Position numbers and translations under genes: made by a program
Shown: piece after piece, positions 19,898-28,501 of the stretch
Layout: each line of letters opens with the position of its first letter
How positions within the stretch are numbered: position 1 is the stretch's first letter
The notes under the pieces: model-generated
What the model was told of the DNA's origin: nothing
The model's input: the letters and a program-made list of their open reading frames with translations, nothing else
Databases searched by the model: none
Source of the DNA: Candidatus Poribacteria bacterium
GTDB lineage: Bacteria; Poribacteria; WGA-4E; PCPOR2b
DNA length: 64,000 bases
Reading direction: 5' to 3'
Assembly (NCBI GenBank): GCA_965116925.1
Contig: OZ220744.1
Span: 5,024,001 to 5,088,000, forward strand

Positions 19898-20050
19898 TAG
19901 GAGTTACGCAGTTCAGTTTGTAGTAACGCAATTCATTGCGCGTCCGGACGGACGATAAATCACCCTACTACAAACCTAAGGTCTTACTGTAGTTGCCCGA
20001 TTCATCGGGCGTTGGCAACGATGTCTAACGGCGATTCATCGCCGAACTAC
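19898..20050. mobile_element. Truncated family A MITE with two GTAG REP doublets
   Basis: Left end TAGGAGTTACGCA; REP gtagttgcccgattcatcgggcgtt...gccgaactac closely matches 15057-15118; right end missing. Confidence 0.65.
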
Positions 20051-21594
20051 TGATTTCGATTACGATAAAAAGTAGAATTTTTAGGGTCAAGTTGTATCGC
20101 CTTGTTATGGTCTGCCATAGCGCGGGGATGGTCCCCTGTTATTGCGTAAGCAGAGCCCCGATTGCTATAAGCCTCTGCAAAATCAGGTTTAAGTTGTATC
20201 GCCTTGTTAAAGTTTGCTATAGCGCGGGGATAATCCCTTGTCATTGCGTAAGCAGAGCCCCGATTGTTATAAGCTAGTGCATCATCAGGATTAAGTGCTA
20301 TCGCCTTGTTAAGGTTTGCTATAGCGCGGGGATAGTCCCCTGTTCTGGAGTAAGCGTTACCCCGATTGTTATAAGCATCTGCATAATCAGGTTTAAGTTC
20401 TATTGCCTTGTCATAATCTGCTATCGCACTATCGTAATCACCGAGGTCACTATAGATATTACCACGATTATAATAAGAAATCGGATAACTTGACCGAAGT
20501 TCTATCGCCTTGTTATAGTCTGCCATAGCGCGAGGATAATCTCCCTTGTTGTAATATTGTGCCCCACGGTTGACATAAGTAGGCGCAAAATTGGGTGCGA
20601 GTTCTATCGCTTTGTCATAATCTGCTATCGCACGACTACGCTGTGTATTACCATAAACAGCCCCACGATTGTTATAAGCTAGCGCAAAATCAGGTGCGAG
20701 TTCTATTGCCTTGTCATAATCTGCTTTTGCACGACGGAAATCGCCTTGATCTTTGTAAAAGTTTCCACGATTGTTATAAGCCAGTGCAAAATCGGGGGCG
20801 AGTTCTATCGCCTTGTCATAATCTGCTTTCGTACGCTGGGAATCGCCCTGATCTTTGTAAAAGTTTCCACGATTGTTATAAGCCAGTGCAAAATCGGGGG
20901 CGAGTTCTATCGCCTTGTCATAATCTGCTTTTGCACGACGGAAATCGCCTTTGGTCGCATAAGCAAGCCCCCGATTGCAATAGGCTACGGCATTATCCGA
21001 CTCAAGTTCAATTGCATGTGAGTAACTTTCTATGGCTCTATCTATTTGTTCCGCCATCATTTGATGGTTTCCTTGTTGTATGGCGTTATGAGCTTGATCC
21101 TCCCCCGTATCGTCGGTGTTTTTCTGTTGAGTCTGCATTGCATCAACGGCTTTTCGGATTCCATCTACCACCTTTTGCCAACCTTCGTCTTCAAGTCCTT
21201 GTTGCTTCCATTTGCTAATAGGAGTATCTCCGCTAGGAAGGGCTTGGAAGCCACTCAATTGATGATGTAGCCAATCACAATAGTTCAAGATGATGGGGAG
21301 GATCTCTAATCCTGCGCGTCCCGCTTCAGCGAACTCAGCTTTACAGCCTTTAGAGGCAATGCTATCAGCAGAAACGAGATAGAGAAAAATATCCGAGGAG
21401 GCAACCTTTCTAAGGATAGATTCTTGAGATGCGTTACCTCCCGGAATGATGTTGCCATCATGCCAAATTGCTATTTTGCCTTGCTCCACCATTACATCTA
21501 GGAAGGTTATTAACCTGCACTTCGCCTCGCAATTTTTATGCGAATAGGAAATAAACACTTGTAGCGGTTTGCTCATTCTATTTTTTTCTTTCAT
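20047..21594 (-). CDS. TIR domain protein with about 10 TPR repeats
   Basis: VFISYSHK, IWHDGNIIPG, LVSADSIAS..CKAE (TIR_2 with Glu at the catalytic position), then 34-aa repeats AYNNRG...AIADYDKAIELxP. Confidence 0.92.
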   Translation of the reverse strand: MKEKNRMSKPLQVFISYSHKNCEAKCRLITFLDVMVEQGKIAIWHDGNIIPGGNASQESILRKVASSDIFLYLVSADSIASKGCKAEFAEAGRAGLEILPIILNYCDWLHHQLSGFQALPSGDTPISKWKQQGLEDEGWQKVVDGIRKAVDAMQTQQKNTDDTGEDQAHNAIQQGNHQMMAEQIDRAIESYSHAIELESDNAVAYCNRGLAYATKGDFRRAKADYDKAIELAPDFALAYNNRGNFYKDQGDSQRTKADYDKAIELAPDFALAYNNRGNFYKDQGDFRRAKADYDKAIELAPDFALAYNNRGAVYGNTQRSRAIADYDKAIELAPNFAPTYVNRGAQYYNKGDYPRAMADYNKAIELRSSYPISYYNRGNIYSDLGDYDSAIADYDKAIELKPDYADAYNNRGNAYSRTGDYPRAIANLNKAIALNPDDALAYNNRGSAYAMTRDYPRAIANFNKAIQLKPDFAEAYSNRGSAYAITGDHPRAMADHNKAIQLDPKNSTFYRNRNQ

Positions 21595-22622
21595 TGATTC
21601 AGTTTTGTCCGTAGCTCCTCTACCGTTCCCGTCCCAAAGTCCACGAGCAGCTGCGAATCATCACCACTCCGCTCTTGAAGAATAATGCCAGGGGTTGACG
21701 AAGATTGAACATCGTCGGAAAGTATAACTGGAAAGATTTCATCTAACGCTGCCTGCATATCCCCTTCAAAGGGCTGACAAGGAATTGATAACGCCGTTAG
21801 GACCCGCTCAAACCGCTTGTAACCGTTTTCATCTCGCAGCTCTACCCAATGGATGTCTGAATCGTCGAGTTGTGCTTTATTCAGGTCGGAGAGTTTATCC
21901 GCAACAAAAACTTGGCTGCTACGGGCATGTACAGCATCCGCACTTTCCGGATTCCCTCTGCCCATCAGCTTCACTTCGCAGCGGTGCCTCAATCCAGCGT
22001 TATCGACCAGATAGAAATCTGCTTCACGTTCCACTTCGCCTGTTGACGCAGAAGAAACAGATTGATTAAAATACCTCAGTGGGACACGGAATAGAGCACA
22101 AAGTGTTGTCATCAACGGTTTCTCAACCTGTTTTCCCGCTGTACTCCATAATCCACCTCGCAACGCGGCGCGTTTGACAGCAAGTGTGTTGATAACGATT
22201 AAACTTTCGTTAATGTTGAGATCTACACTGACCGTCCGAAATTTTATCGTCAACGAGACATCAACATCGCTTTGTTCCGTCAAATCCTGAATCGCATTAA
22301 GTAAGACATCATAATGCTCAGTAGAGGCATCAAGTACAATCTGTTTCGCTGAAGATTCGTACATATTCGTGATTGTTTCCAGGTTCAAACCTAAATGTAC
22401 AGCAATATTCGATTTGTCAAGCTTTGGATTGAGGGATTCCTCTTTGTACCAATCAACTGTCACGGCGTGATTTTTTAACTTTGCATCAACAACGCGACCG
22501 AAAAAATCGACGACATATTGCAAAAATTCGGCATCAATAAGCGCAACAATCTCAGCGCGGTAATCCTCACCCGCTAACAATTTACGGATAATATTCTTTA
22601 TAACAGCACCGGTAATAGTCAT
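21591..22622 (-). CDS. CfrBI-family type II restriction endonuclease-like protein
   Basis: DYRAEIVALIDAEFLQYVVDFF, GGLWSTAGKQVEKPLM, READFYL..RCEVKLMGRGNPESADA (PD-(D/E)xK residues intact). Confidence 0.82.
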   Translation of the reverse strand: MTITGAVIKNIIRKLLAGEDYRAEIVALIDAEFLQYVVDFFGRVVDAKLKNHAVTVDWYKEESLNPKLDKSNIAVHLGLNLETITNMYESSAKQIVLDASTEHYDVLLNAIQDLTEQSDVDVSLTIKFRTVSVDLNINESLIVINTLAVKRAALRGGLWSTAGKQVEKPLMTTLCALFRVPLRYFNQSVSSASTGEVEREADFYLVDNAGLRHRCEVKLMGRGNPESADAVHARSSQVFVADKLSDLNKAQLDDSDIHWVELRDENGYKRFERVLTALSIPCQPFEGDMQAALDEIFPVILSDDVQSSSTPGIILQERSGDDSQLLVDFGTGTVEELRTKLNQ

Positions 22623-22664
22623 CGTTCTTTTCCCTTGTTGAGTGTCGCTCTGAATTCAGCCAAG

Positions 22665-22799
22665 TTAAAACATCTTCTCAAAATCCTTAATGCTCATACC
22701 AAGGCTTAATCCATAGTATGCCTCTGGAAATGGGGTTCGCGGAGAAGGACCACAACTTTGCATAAGCAGGAGAAACATCACTATCACTATTCTAATCAT
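22665..22799 (-). CDS. Small (44 aa) lipoprotein-like ORF, possibly truncated
   Basis: Manual translation MIRIVIVMFLLLMQSCGPSPRTPFPEAYYGLSLGMSIKDFEKMF*; lipobox-like MQSC; below the ORF-track cutoff. Confidence 0.45.
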   Translation of the reverse strand: MIRIVIVMFLLLMQSCGPSPRTPFPEAYYGLSLGMSIKDFEKMF

Positions 22800-22995
22800 C
22801 TTTCACCCCATCAGAACCGCATAGCGGTGAAAGGTTCAACGCTGTCTCAATAGCCTTTACCTCATCCATCACAATGGGGAGGCGATCAGCCGATTGCATA
22901 CGGTGAGGTTGTCCGTTCACATCAAACACAATTGGCATCGGTTTAAGTCTACTCACACGACGTTCCAATGTTCGCATCCGCTCCGGTTGTTTCAA
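22792..22995 (-). CDS. Hypothetical small protein or remnant
   Basis: 67 aa ORF filling the gap between two lipoprotein ORFs and overlapping the next start; no recognised family. Confidence 0.3.
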   Translation of the reverse strand: MKQPERMRTLERRVSRLKPMPIVFDVNGQPHRMQSADRLPIVMDEVKAIETALNLSPLCGSDGVKDD

Positions 22996-23027
22996 GGTTG
23001 CTCGGACAATACGGATAATGCGTTGGG

Positions 23028-23327
23028 TCAGTCAAATTCCCACTCTCCTTTGCTCATGTAGTATTCCACTTCATTGGGGGAGGGTTGTCTCATGGTTATC
23101 TGCCAAGCCCCTTTTTTTTCGTCATAACGAGCCATCAAGATTCTGCCGTTGAGCGTGAGGTATTTGACATAGTTGTTGTGCTGACTTCTGCCTAACTCCT
23201 TGACGTTAGGATAGTCTGTGTTGAAGGTTTCCAGACTAAGATATTGCCCAATGAATTGGGGTTCAGGTTCAGGTGGCATAGCACAACCCACAAGCAATAC
23301 AAGAATTACTATCGCTATTCTAATCAT
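23028..23327 (-). CDS. Small lipoprotein, hypothetical
   Basis: GGAGG RBS; MIRIAIVILVLLVGC signal peptide with lipobox. Confidence 0.65.
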   Translation of the reverse strand: MIRIAIVILVLLVGCAMPPEPEPQFIGQYLSLETFNTDYPNVKELGRSQHNNYVKYLTLNGRILMARYDEKKGAWQITMRQPSPNEVEYYMSKGEWEFD

Positions 23328-23485
23328 CTTTTCCTCCATTAGACTTGTGCGTACCATTTTCACCGCACATGGCTGCCCAATCATACTGTGTTAAGGTAGG
23401 TATGGCTGTCGTCTTTAATCCGTGTAATCCGTTAATCCGTGTTAATCCGCGATTCAGACAATAATATCCGGAGAATTAAATGACC

Positions 23486-25585
23486 CTAAATTCGGGTCAA
23501 GATCAGATTGCCGAACCTATCAACCTGTGCACGGTAGCCGGGGTGGATAACAGTGGTGGAATCGATCTCCTCGACGATTGCCGGTCCTGTCAAGACGCAG
23601 CCGGGACCCAGAAGGTAGCGGTCATAGATGGGGCATTCAACATAGCCGTGGCTTTCGGCAAAGTAGACGGATCGGGTGGCTTTCTGCGCTGCAGCGATGT
23701 CTGTTTTTTCCCCTTCCAACTCGCGCAGCCGGGGTTTGGCGATTTTGCCGATTGCGGTGAGGCGTAGGTTCACGAACTCAACCGGCTCTGTCGGCGCGCT
23801 ATAGCCGTAAGCGCGGTCATGCTCGATATGAAACTGTTCGAGCACACGGTCAATCTTTGAAGCGTCTAACTGTTCCGCCGGTAACGGTACTGTCAGCTCG
23901 TAGCTTTGTCCGATATAGCGCGTATCCACCTGCCGGAGGAAGTTGATGTCCTCCGGACGCACACCCTCCCGCTCTAGACTTGCACCGCCCTGCGCCTCCA
24001 ACTCTCGGTAGGTCGCCTCCACCGCCGCCGTATCCAATTGATCGACGTGCTGGATGAGGGTCGTGGAGTAGTCATGCTTGAGGTCAGTCACTAACAGACC
24101 CATGGCTGAAGTTGTGCCGGGACTCATGGGGATAATCGTGGTGGGTGCGTCAATCTCTGCCGCCAAACGGTTGGCGTGTACCGGACCTGCACCCCCAAAC
24201 GCGGTTAGTACGAAATCTCTGGGATCGTAACCGCGTTGGACGGAGACGAGGCGTAGGGCGTTGACCATTGCAGCGTTGGCGATTTCCACGATACCGTGAG
24301 CGGCCTCCACAAGGTCAAGGTTCAACGGATCGGCGCATTTCTCTTGGATTGCCCGACGCGCCGCCTCAACGTCCAATTCAATCTCACCGCCCAAGAAGAA
24401 GCTGGGGTTGAGTCGTCCCAACACCAGATTGGCATCGGTGATGGTCGGTTCTGCCCCGCCCGCTCCATAACACACCGGGCCCGGATCCGCACCCGCGCTC
24501 TGCGGTCCCACGCGCAGCACCCCGCCGGAATCTACCCATGCAATTGAGCCACCGCCGGCACCAATCTCCACAAGATCGATGACAGGGGTGCGGATGGGAT
24601 AACCCGCACCGCGAGAGGCACCCACGCCGGTTTGCGCGGCTGTTCCTACCTCGTAGTCTTTGGTTATCGTTGGCGTACCGTTCTGAATAAGTCCCGCCTT
24701 CGCTGTGGTGCCGCCCATGTCGAAGGAAATGACATCCGGGCAGTCCAACGTCGTGCCGAGATAGGTCGCAGCGATAACGCCTGCTGCGGGCCCCGATTCC
24801 ACCATGAAGACCGGTTTTTCGCTCGCTGCTGCAAATGTGAAGACCCCGCCGCTGCTCTGCATCACCAGCAACTCTGCCTCCAATCCTTCCGCACGTAGCC
24901 GCGCTTCGATGCTCTGGAGGTAACGCCCAACGACGGGTCTGATGGAGGCGTTGATGACCGTTGTACTTGCCCGGAAATACTCCCGAAACTCCGGCGCGAC
25001 CTCCGACGAAAGGGAGATGATGGTATCGGGAAGAATTTCACGGAGAATCTCCCCTGTCCGTTTCTCATGGCTCGGATTGATATAGGCGTGAAGGAAGCAG
25101 ACAGCGATGGATTCCACATCCTCTTGGCGAAGTTGGTCCGCCGCATTCCTGACTGCGGACTCGTCAAGCGGGGTGAGCACATTCCCTTGAGCATCCAACC
25201 GTTCAGGGACACCGAAGCACAGGTAACGCGGCGTCAGGGGACGCGGCTTTTCAAAGTGTAAATCGTAGAGCGATGGTCGAATCTGACGCTGAATCTCTAG
25301 CAGATCACGAAAGCCGTCGGTTGTAACGAAGCCGGTGCGGGCGACCTTCCCTTCGATGATTGAGTTCGTTGCCACAGTCGTGCCGTGAACGACATAACCG
25401 ACCTCGTCCGGCGACACATCGGCTTCGCGTAGTATACGGTGGGTTGCCTCCATAAAACCGTGTGACGGGTCTTGGGGTGTCGAAGGCACTTTGCCGACGC
25501 GGATCTCACCCGTTTCCTCGTTAATCAGGGTTGCATCGGTGAACGTTCCCCCGATGTCTACTCCCAGACGATACCTAAAAGCCAT
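23486..25585 (-). CDS. Hydantoinase/oxoprolinase subunit A family (N-methylhydantoinase A / 5-oxoprolinase)
   Basis: GVDIGGTFTD, HGTTVATN, SGPAAG, FDMGGTT, GAGGGSIA, FGGAGPVH. Confidence 0.93.
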   Translation of the reverse strand: MAFRYRLGVDIGGTFTDATLINEETGEIRVGKVPSTPQDPSHGFMEATHRILREADVSPDEVGYVVHGTTVATNSIIEGKVARTGFVTTDGFRDLLEIQRQIRPSLYDLHFEKPRPLTPRYLCFGVPERLDAQGNVLTPLDESAVRNAADQLRQEDVESIAVCFLHAYINPSHEKRTGEILREILPDTIISLSSEVAPEFREYFRASTTVINASIRPVVGRYLQSIEARLRAEGLEAELLVMQSSGGVFTFAAASEKPVFMVESGPAAGVIAATYLGTTLDCPDVISFDMGGTTAKAGLIQNGTPTITKDYEVGTAAQTGVGASRGAGYPIRTPVIDLVEIGAGGGSIAWVDSGGVLRVGPQSAGADPGPVCYGAGGAEPTITDANLVLGRLNPSFFLGGEIELDVEAARRAIQEKCADPLNLDLVEAAHGIVEIANAAMVNALRLVSVQRGYDPRDFVLTAFGGAGPVHANRLAAEIDAPTTIIPMSPGTTSAMGLLVTDLKHDYSTTLIQHVDQLDTAAVEATYRELEAQGGASLEREGVRPEDINFLRQVDTRYIGQSYELTVPLPAEQLDASKIDRVLEQFHIEHDRAYGYSAPTEPVEFVNLRLTAIGKIAKPRLRELEGEKTDIAAAQKATRSVYFAESHGYVECPIYDRYLLGPGCVLTGPAIVEEIDSTTVIHPGYRAQVDRFGNLILTRI

Positions 25586-25620
25586 GCGTACTCCCTCTTA
25601 TGTTCGCTATTATCAAAAAC

Positions 25621-25757
25621 TATGGTGAATTAGAGAAATAAGTAAACATTACCAATAACTCCGACCTGCGCGAAGTTTCCAAAGTCCCCCTGATAAGGGG
25701 GATTTAGGGGGTTAGCTGTGCATTGAGAGTGTCTCATTAATTCTAAAGTCCACCATA
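25621..25757. mobile_element. MITE-like element, family B
   Basis: TATGGTGAATT...GTGTCTCATTAATTCTAAAGTCCACCATA with an internal CCCCCTGATAAGGGGG hairpin. Confidence 0.72.
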
Positions 25758-25817
25758 AATCCACACTGCCATGCTCAACCAAATGTCCCATACACAACGG
25801 TTGATTCGTACACCATC

Positions 25818-26069
25818 TTAGTTTCCGTTGGTCATTGAAGTTAGGGTCTGTTTGAATTCATCAAGATTTGGAGCTTGCACGGCCGAGCGAAGTAACTGCT
25901 TGAGATGTTGCAAATCTTCAATCGTTTCAATGGTAGGCTTTAAGGTTTCAGCCTCACTTGAATCAAATCGCATTCCCAAAATGTCAAGAATAGATTCAAT
26001 ACCTTGTTGTCTTTGCCCCTGCTGAATACCTCTTTCGGTAAAGTGTTGGACAATAGATGATTCGTACAT
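25818..26069 (-). CDS. Putative internally initiated Rpn C-terminal small protein (83 aa, antitoxin-like)
   Basis: GGAGG at 26075-26079, 5 nt before the in-frame ATG 26069 (MYESSIVQHF...). Confidence 0.6.
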   Translation of the reverse strand: MYESSIVQHFTERGIQQGQRQQGIESILDILGMRFDSSEAETLKPTIETIEDLQHLKQLLRSAVQAPNLDEFKQTLTSMTNGN

Positions 26070-26720
26070 GGTTTCCTCCGAAATAATAGTGGTAATGGTT
26101 TGAGAATCGTGAATTAACCCGCTGAGGATAGCGATGTCTGTGAAAAAATTTGATTTGTTCGTGCTGTCCAAAGGCAAGGTGTCTGCGGTTTGAACACATC
26201 GTCGCAACCACTGTTCGGCGACCATCCCTTGAGGCGGTTTCATTAGTGGCACGAAGGGAAGCAGTCCCCAGAGCTCTTGCTCGATAACCGCTTGCCCTTC
26301 AATTTCGATTAATCTTATGACCTTGTACTGAATGACTATACGATACCCAACCCTCTCCTGCACGTATTGTCCCGCATCTCTTTGTCCGGCATCCGGACGA
26401 AGGTAAATAACGTTGGAGTAGATCGGAAGTCCATAGGTTTCAATCGCTCGACCAATATATCCCGCCATTCGGCGTGACATTGGTGGATTCGTGCTGTCCC
26501 CCGTTTGAAATTCATTATGCACCAATGCGTCCTCACCATGGATTCGTACCCGTATAAGGCTATCCATTGATCGGGATTCGACAGTGGGTTGCTCGGTGTC
26601 AATGACTTCCAGAACTTCGATGCCTTCTTGTTCAAATGTGAATCGAACGAAATCCGCGGGATAATTTTTAACAAGTTGTTTGGAAACAATATCGAATTCT
26701 GCCATGTCATCTTTCTGCAT
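25818..26720 (-). CDS. Rpn/YhgA-like PD-(D/E)xK nuclease with DUF4351-like C-terminus
   Basis: FD..SKQL...YP.DF, MDSL...VHNEFQT, RM.GY, PIYS.VIYL, GLLPFVPLM, GIQQG. Confidence 0.8.
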   Translation of the reverse strand: MQKDDMAEFDIVSKQLVKNYPADFVRFTFEQEGIEVLEVIDTEQPTVESRSMDSLIRVRIHGEDALVHNEFQTGDSTNPPMSRRMAGYIGRAIETYGLPIYSNVIYLRPDAGQRDAGQYVQERVGYRIVIQYKVIRLIEIEGQAVIEQELWGLLPFVPLMKPPQGMVAEQWLRRCVQTADTLPLDSTNKSNFFTDIAILSGLIHDSQTITTIISEETMYESSIVQHFTERGIQQGQRQQGIESILDILGMRFDSSEAETLKPTIETIEDLQHLKQLLRSAVQAPNLDEFKQTLTSMTNGN

Positions 26721-26772
26721 TCTGACTAAAAACCGTACGAAGTTTTAACACCATTGTACAGATACTGCTGTC

Positions 26773-27603
26773 TCAAGCAAAGGGCCCCGGACGATGCTCA
26801 CCCAACAGCCGACGCTGGCGCGGCGTTGCTTTCGATAGAATTTCTGGATCAAACTGAAAACTCAGAAAAGGTGGAAATCGTTGCGCGATCCACCGATTCG
26901 CGTAATGCACCTGCAGCAGGTAGCGGACCTGATCGGTACGATTGGCACCCCCGCGATGCCACACATCACTCCTGAAAACAATCACATCACCCGCTTGGCA
27001 GAGGATCGATTGTTCCTCTGTGCCGTTCCACCTGTCCTGATCCCGTTCAGGTCTTACGCCAGCACGATGGCTGCCGGGAACGACACGCGTGGGTCCAAGG
27101 GCTTCATACATATCATCTAGATAAAAGTGGGCGGTCATAATCAGTGGCGGGATCTTGACCCGCGGATCGATCGCCACGTCATCGGGCAGCAGGATCGGCT
27201 TCCAATCCGCGTGCATCTTCTGTTCCTCCCGCTTTCCTGTGTTCCACTGAGTCATCTGAATGATATGACAATCTTCGCCCAGTGTGTCTTCGACCAATTC
27301 GATGACGCCCGGTTTGTCTAGAAATTCGAGATAGAGCGGATCTCGATTAAACGCATTCTGAATCGTTTTAATCCCGCTGCCTTCTGGATCGATAAAATCC
27401 CATCTCGGTGCTGCCACGCTTTTGATGCGGTCAGAACATTCGCGCAATTCTTGAACCTGTGCGGGACTGAGAACCGCGGGCAGAAAAACAAAGCCGTCAC
27501 GCTCCATCGCCTGCGCCCGTTCTTCTCGACTCTCGTAAGGGGTCAATTCGGCGGATAGCTTTGAGGGCACCTCTGCTGTTGAAGTCTGCTGTGTTGGTTG
27601 CAT
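26773..27603 (-). CDS. Phytanoyl-CoA dioxygenase (PhyH) family protein
   Basis: RDGFVFL, MHAD, GPTRVVPGSH, AGDVIVF..DVWHRG..N. Confidence 0.9.
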   Translation of the reverse strand: MQPTQQTSTAEVPSKLSAELTPYESREERAQAMERDGFVFLPAVLSPAQVQELRECSDRIKSVAAPRWDFIDPEGSGIKTIQNAFNRDPLYLEFLDKPGVIELVEDTLGEDCHIIQMTQWNTGKREEQKMHADWKPILLPDDVAIDPRVKIPPLIMTAHFYLDDMYEALGPTRVVPGSHRAGVRPERDQDRWNGTEEQSILCQAGDVIVFRSDVWHRGGANRTDQVRYLLQVHYANRWIAQRFPPFLSFQFDPEILSKATPRQRRLLGEHRPGPFA

Positions 27604-27629
27604 CGGTCAATGCTCCTTCCTATGATCTC

Positions 27630-28463
27630 TTAAGCCAGTCCGGGCGGTAATCCTTCGGTCGTGTTATAACCGCCCCCAGCGGTGATGGGCCAAGATTGAC
27701 CTCCCTTGAACTCGAAATCATCACCGAGTCCGCACAACCACTGGAACAATCGGGCGACGTGAATGGAGTCGTACCACTTTTCAAGCACTGAAACGTCTGG
27801 CATAAACTTCGTTTCCATAAAGTCGGTAGAGGGATCAACCACCCAATCGCGCTGCGGCGGGACTGTGCGCCAATAGTTATATTTAAGCAGATTGCGGATG
27901 CCGCTGCCCGTGGAGGAGGTGGCGCGGTGCCAAATACTGTAGTGCGTGATAAAAATTGAGCCCGCAGGTGCCGCCGTTTTTACGCCTACTCGGATGTTGC
28001 CGTAGTGACTCATGAATCGGCGTTTGGCGCGGACTAAGTGTGAACTCGGCACCAATTCGGTCGGTCCCATCTCTTTCGGTGTGTCTTGAGGATAGTAAAA
28101 CACCTGTAAAAATTCGAGCCGTGTCGCGTCGATGGCACCGCCATCACGATGCCAACCGCAGCTCAAAGTCCTAGGACACTCGACACGGTGGTTGCTCATA
28201 ATCATCGGCAGCTTGAAGTTTTTTCCCAGCAGCGACCGCACCGCACCCGCCGCCTGCGGATTTTTGAGAACACCTTCGACAAACCAGTCTTCAGCGAGGA
28301 TTTCGACCGGTTCTAAGTGGGAATGCTCAGCCATAAAGTCCGAGACGCGGCGATTAATTTCATCCGACACCACGCCTTCGAGGATGATAAATCCCTTCTG
28401 ACAAAATTCGATTACCTGTTGATCCGTTAGCGTCGGTTCGCAATCGTATGTTTGATCGATCAT
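27630..28463 (-). CDS. Phytanoyl-CoA dioxygenase (PhyH) family protein
   Basis: GWHRDG, YYPQDT...GPTELVPSSH, AGS...THYSIWHR. Confidence 0.88.
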   Translation of the reverse strand: MIDQTYDCEPTLTDQQVIEFCQKGFIILEGVVSDEINRRVSDFMAEHSHLEPVEILAEDWFVEGVLKNPQAAGAVRSLLGKNFKLPMIMSNHRVECPRTLSCGWHRDGGAIDATRLEFLQVFYYPQDTPKEMGPTELVPSSHLVRAKRRFMSHYGNIRVGVKTAAPAGSIFITHYSIWHRATSSTGSGIRNLLKYNYWRTVPPQRDWVVDPSTDFMETKFMPDVSVLEKWYDSIHVARLFQWLCGLGDDFEFKGGQSWPITAGGGYNTTEGLPPGLA

Positions 28464-28501
28464 CGGTAAAATCCTTTCATGGAAGTGCTACGGTTGTAGG
28501 T

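Noticed and set aside
20047..21000. CRISPR array or DGR template/variable repeat
   Set aside because: The repeats are in-frame 102 bp TPR units with no spacers, and no reverse transcriptase or cas gene is present.
22665..26720. Intact prophage or autonomous transposon
   Set aside because: No integrase, structural genes or DDE/HUH transposase is visible; Rpn proteins are often labelled transposases but are not shown to transpose.
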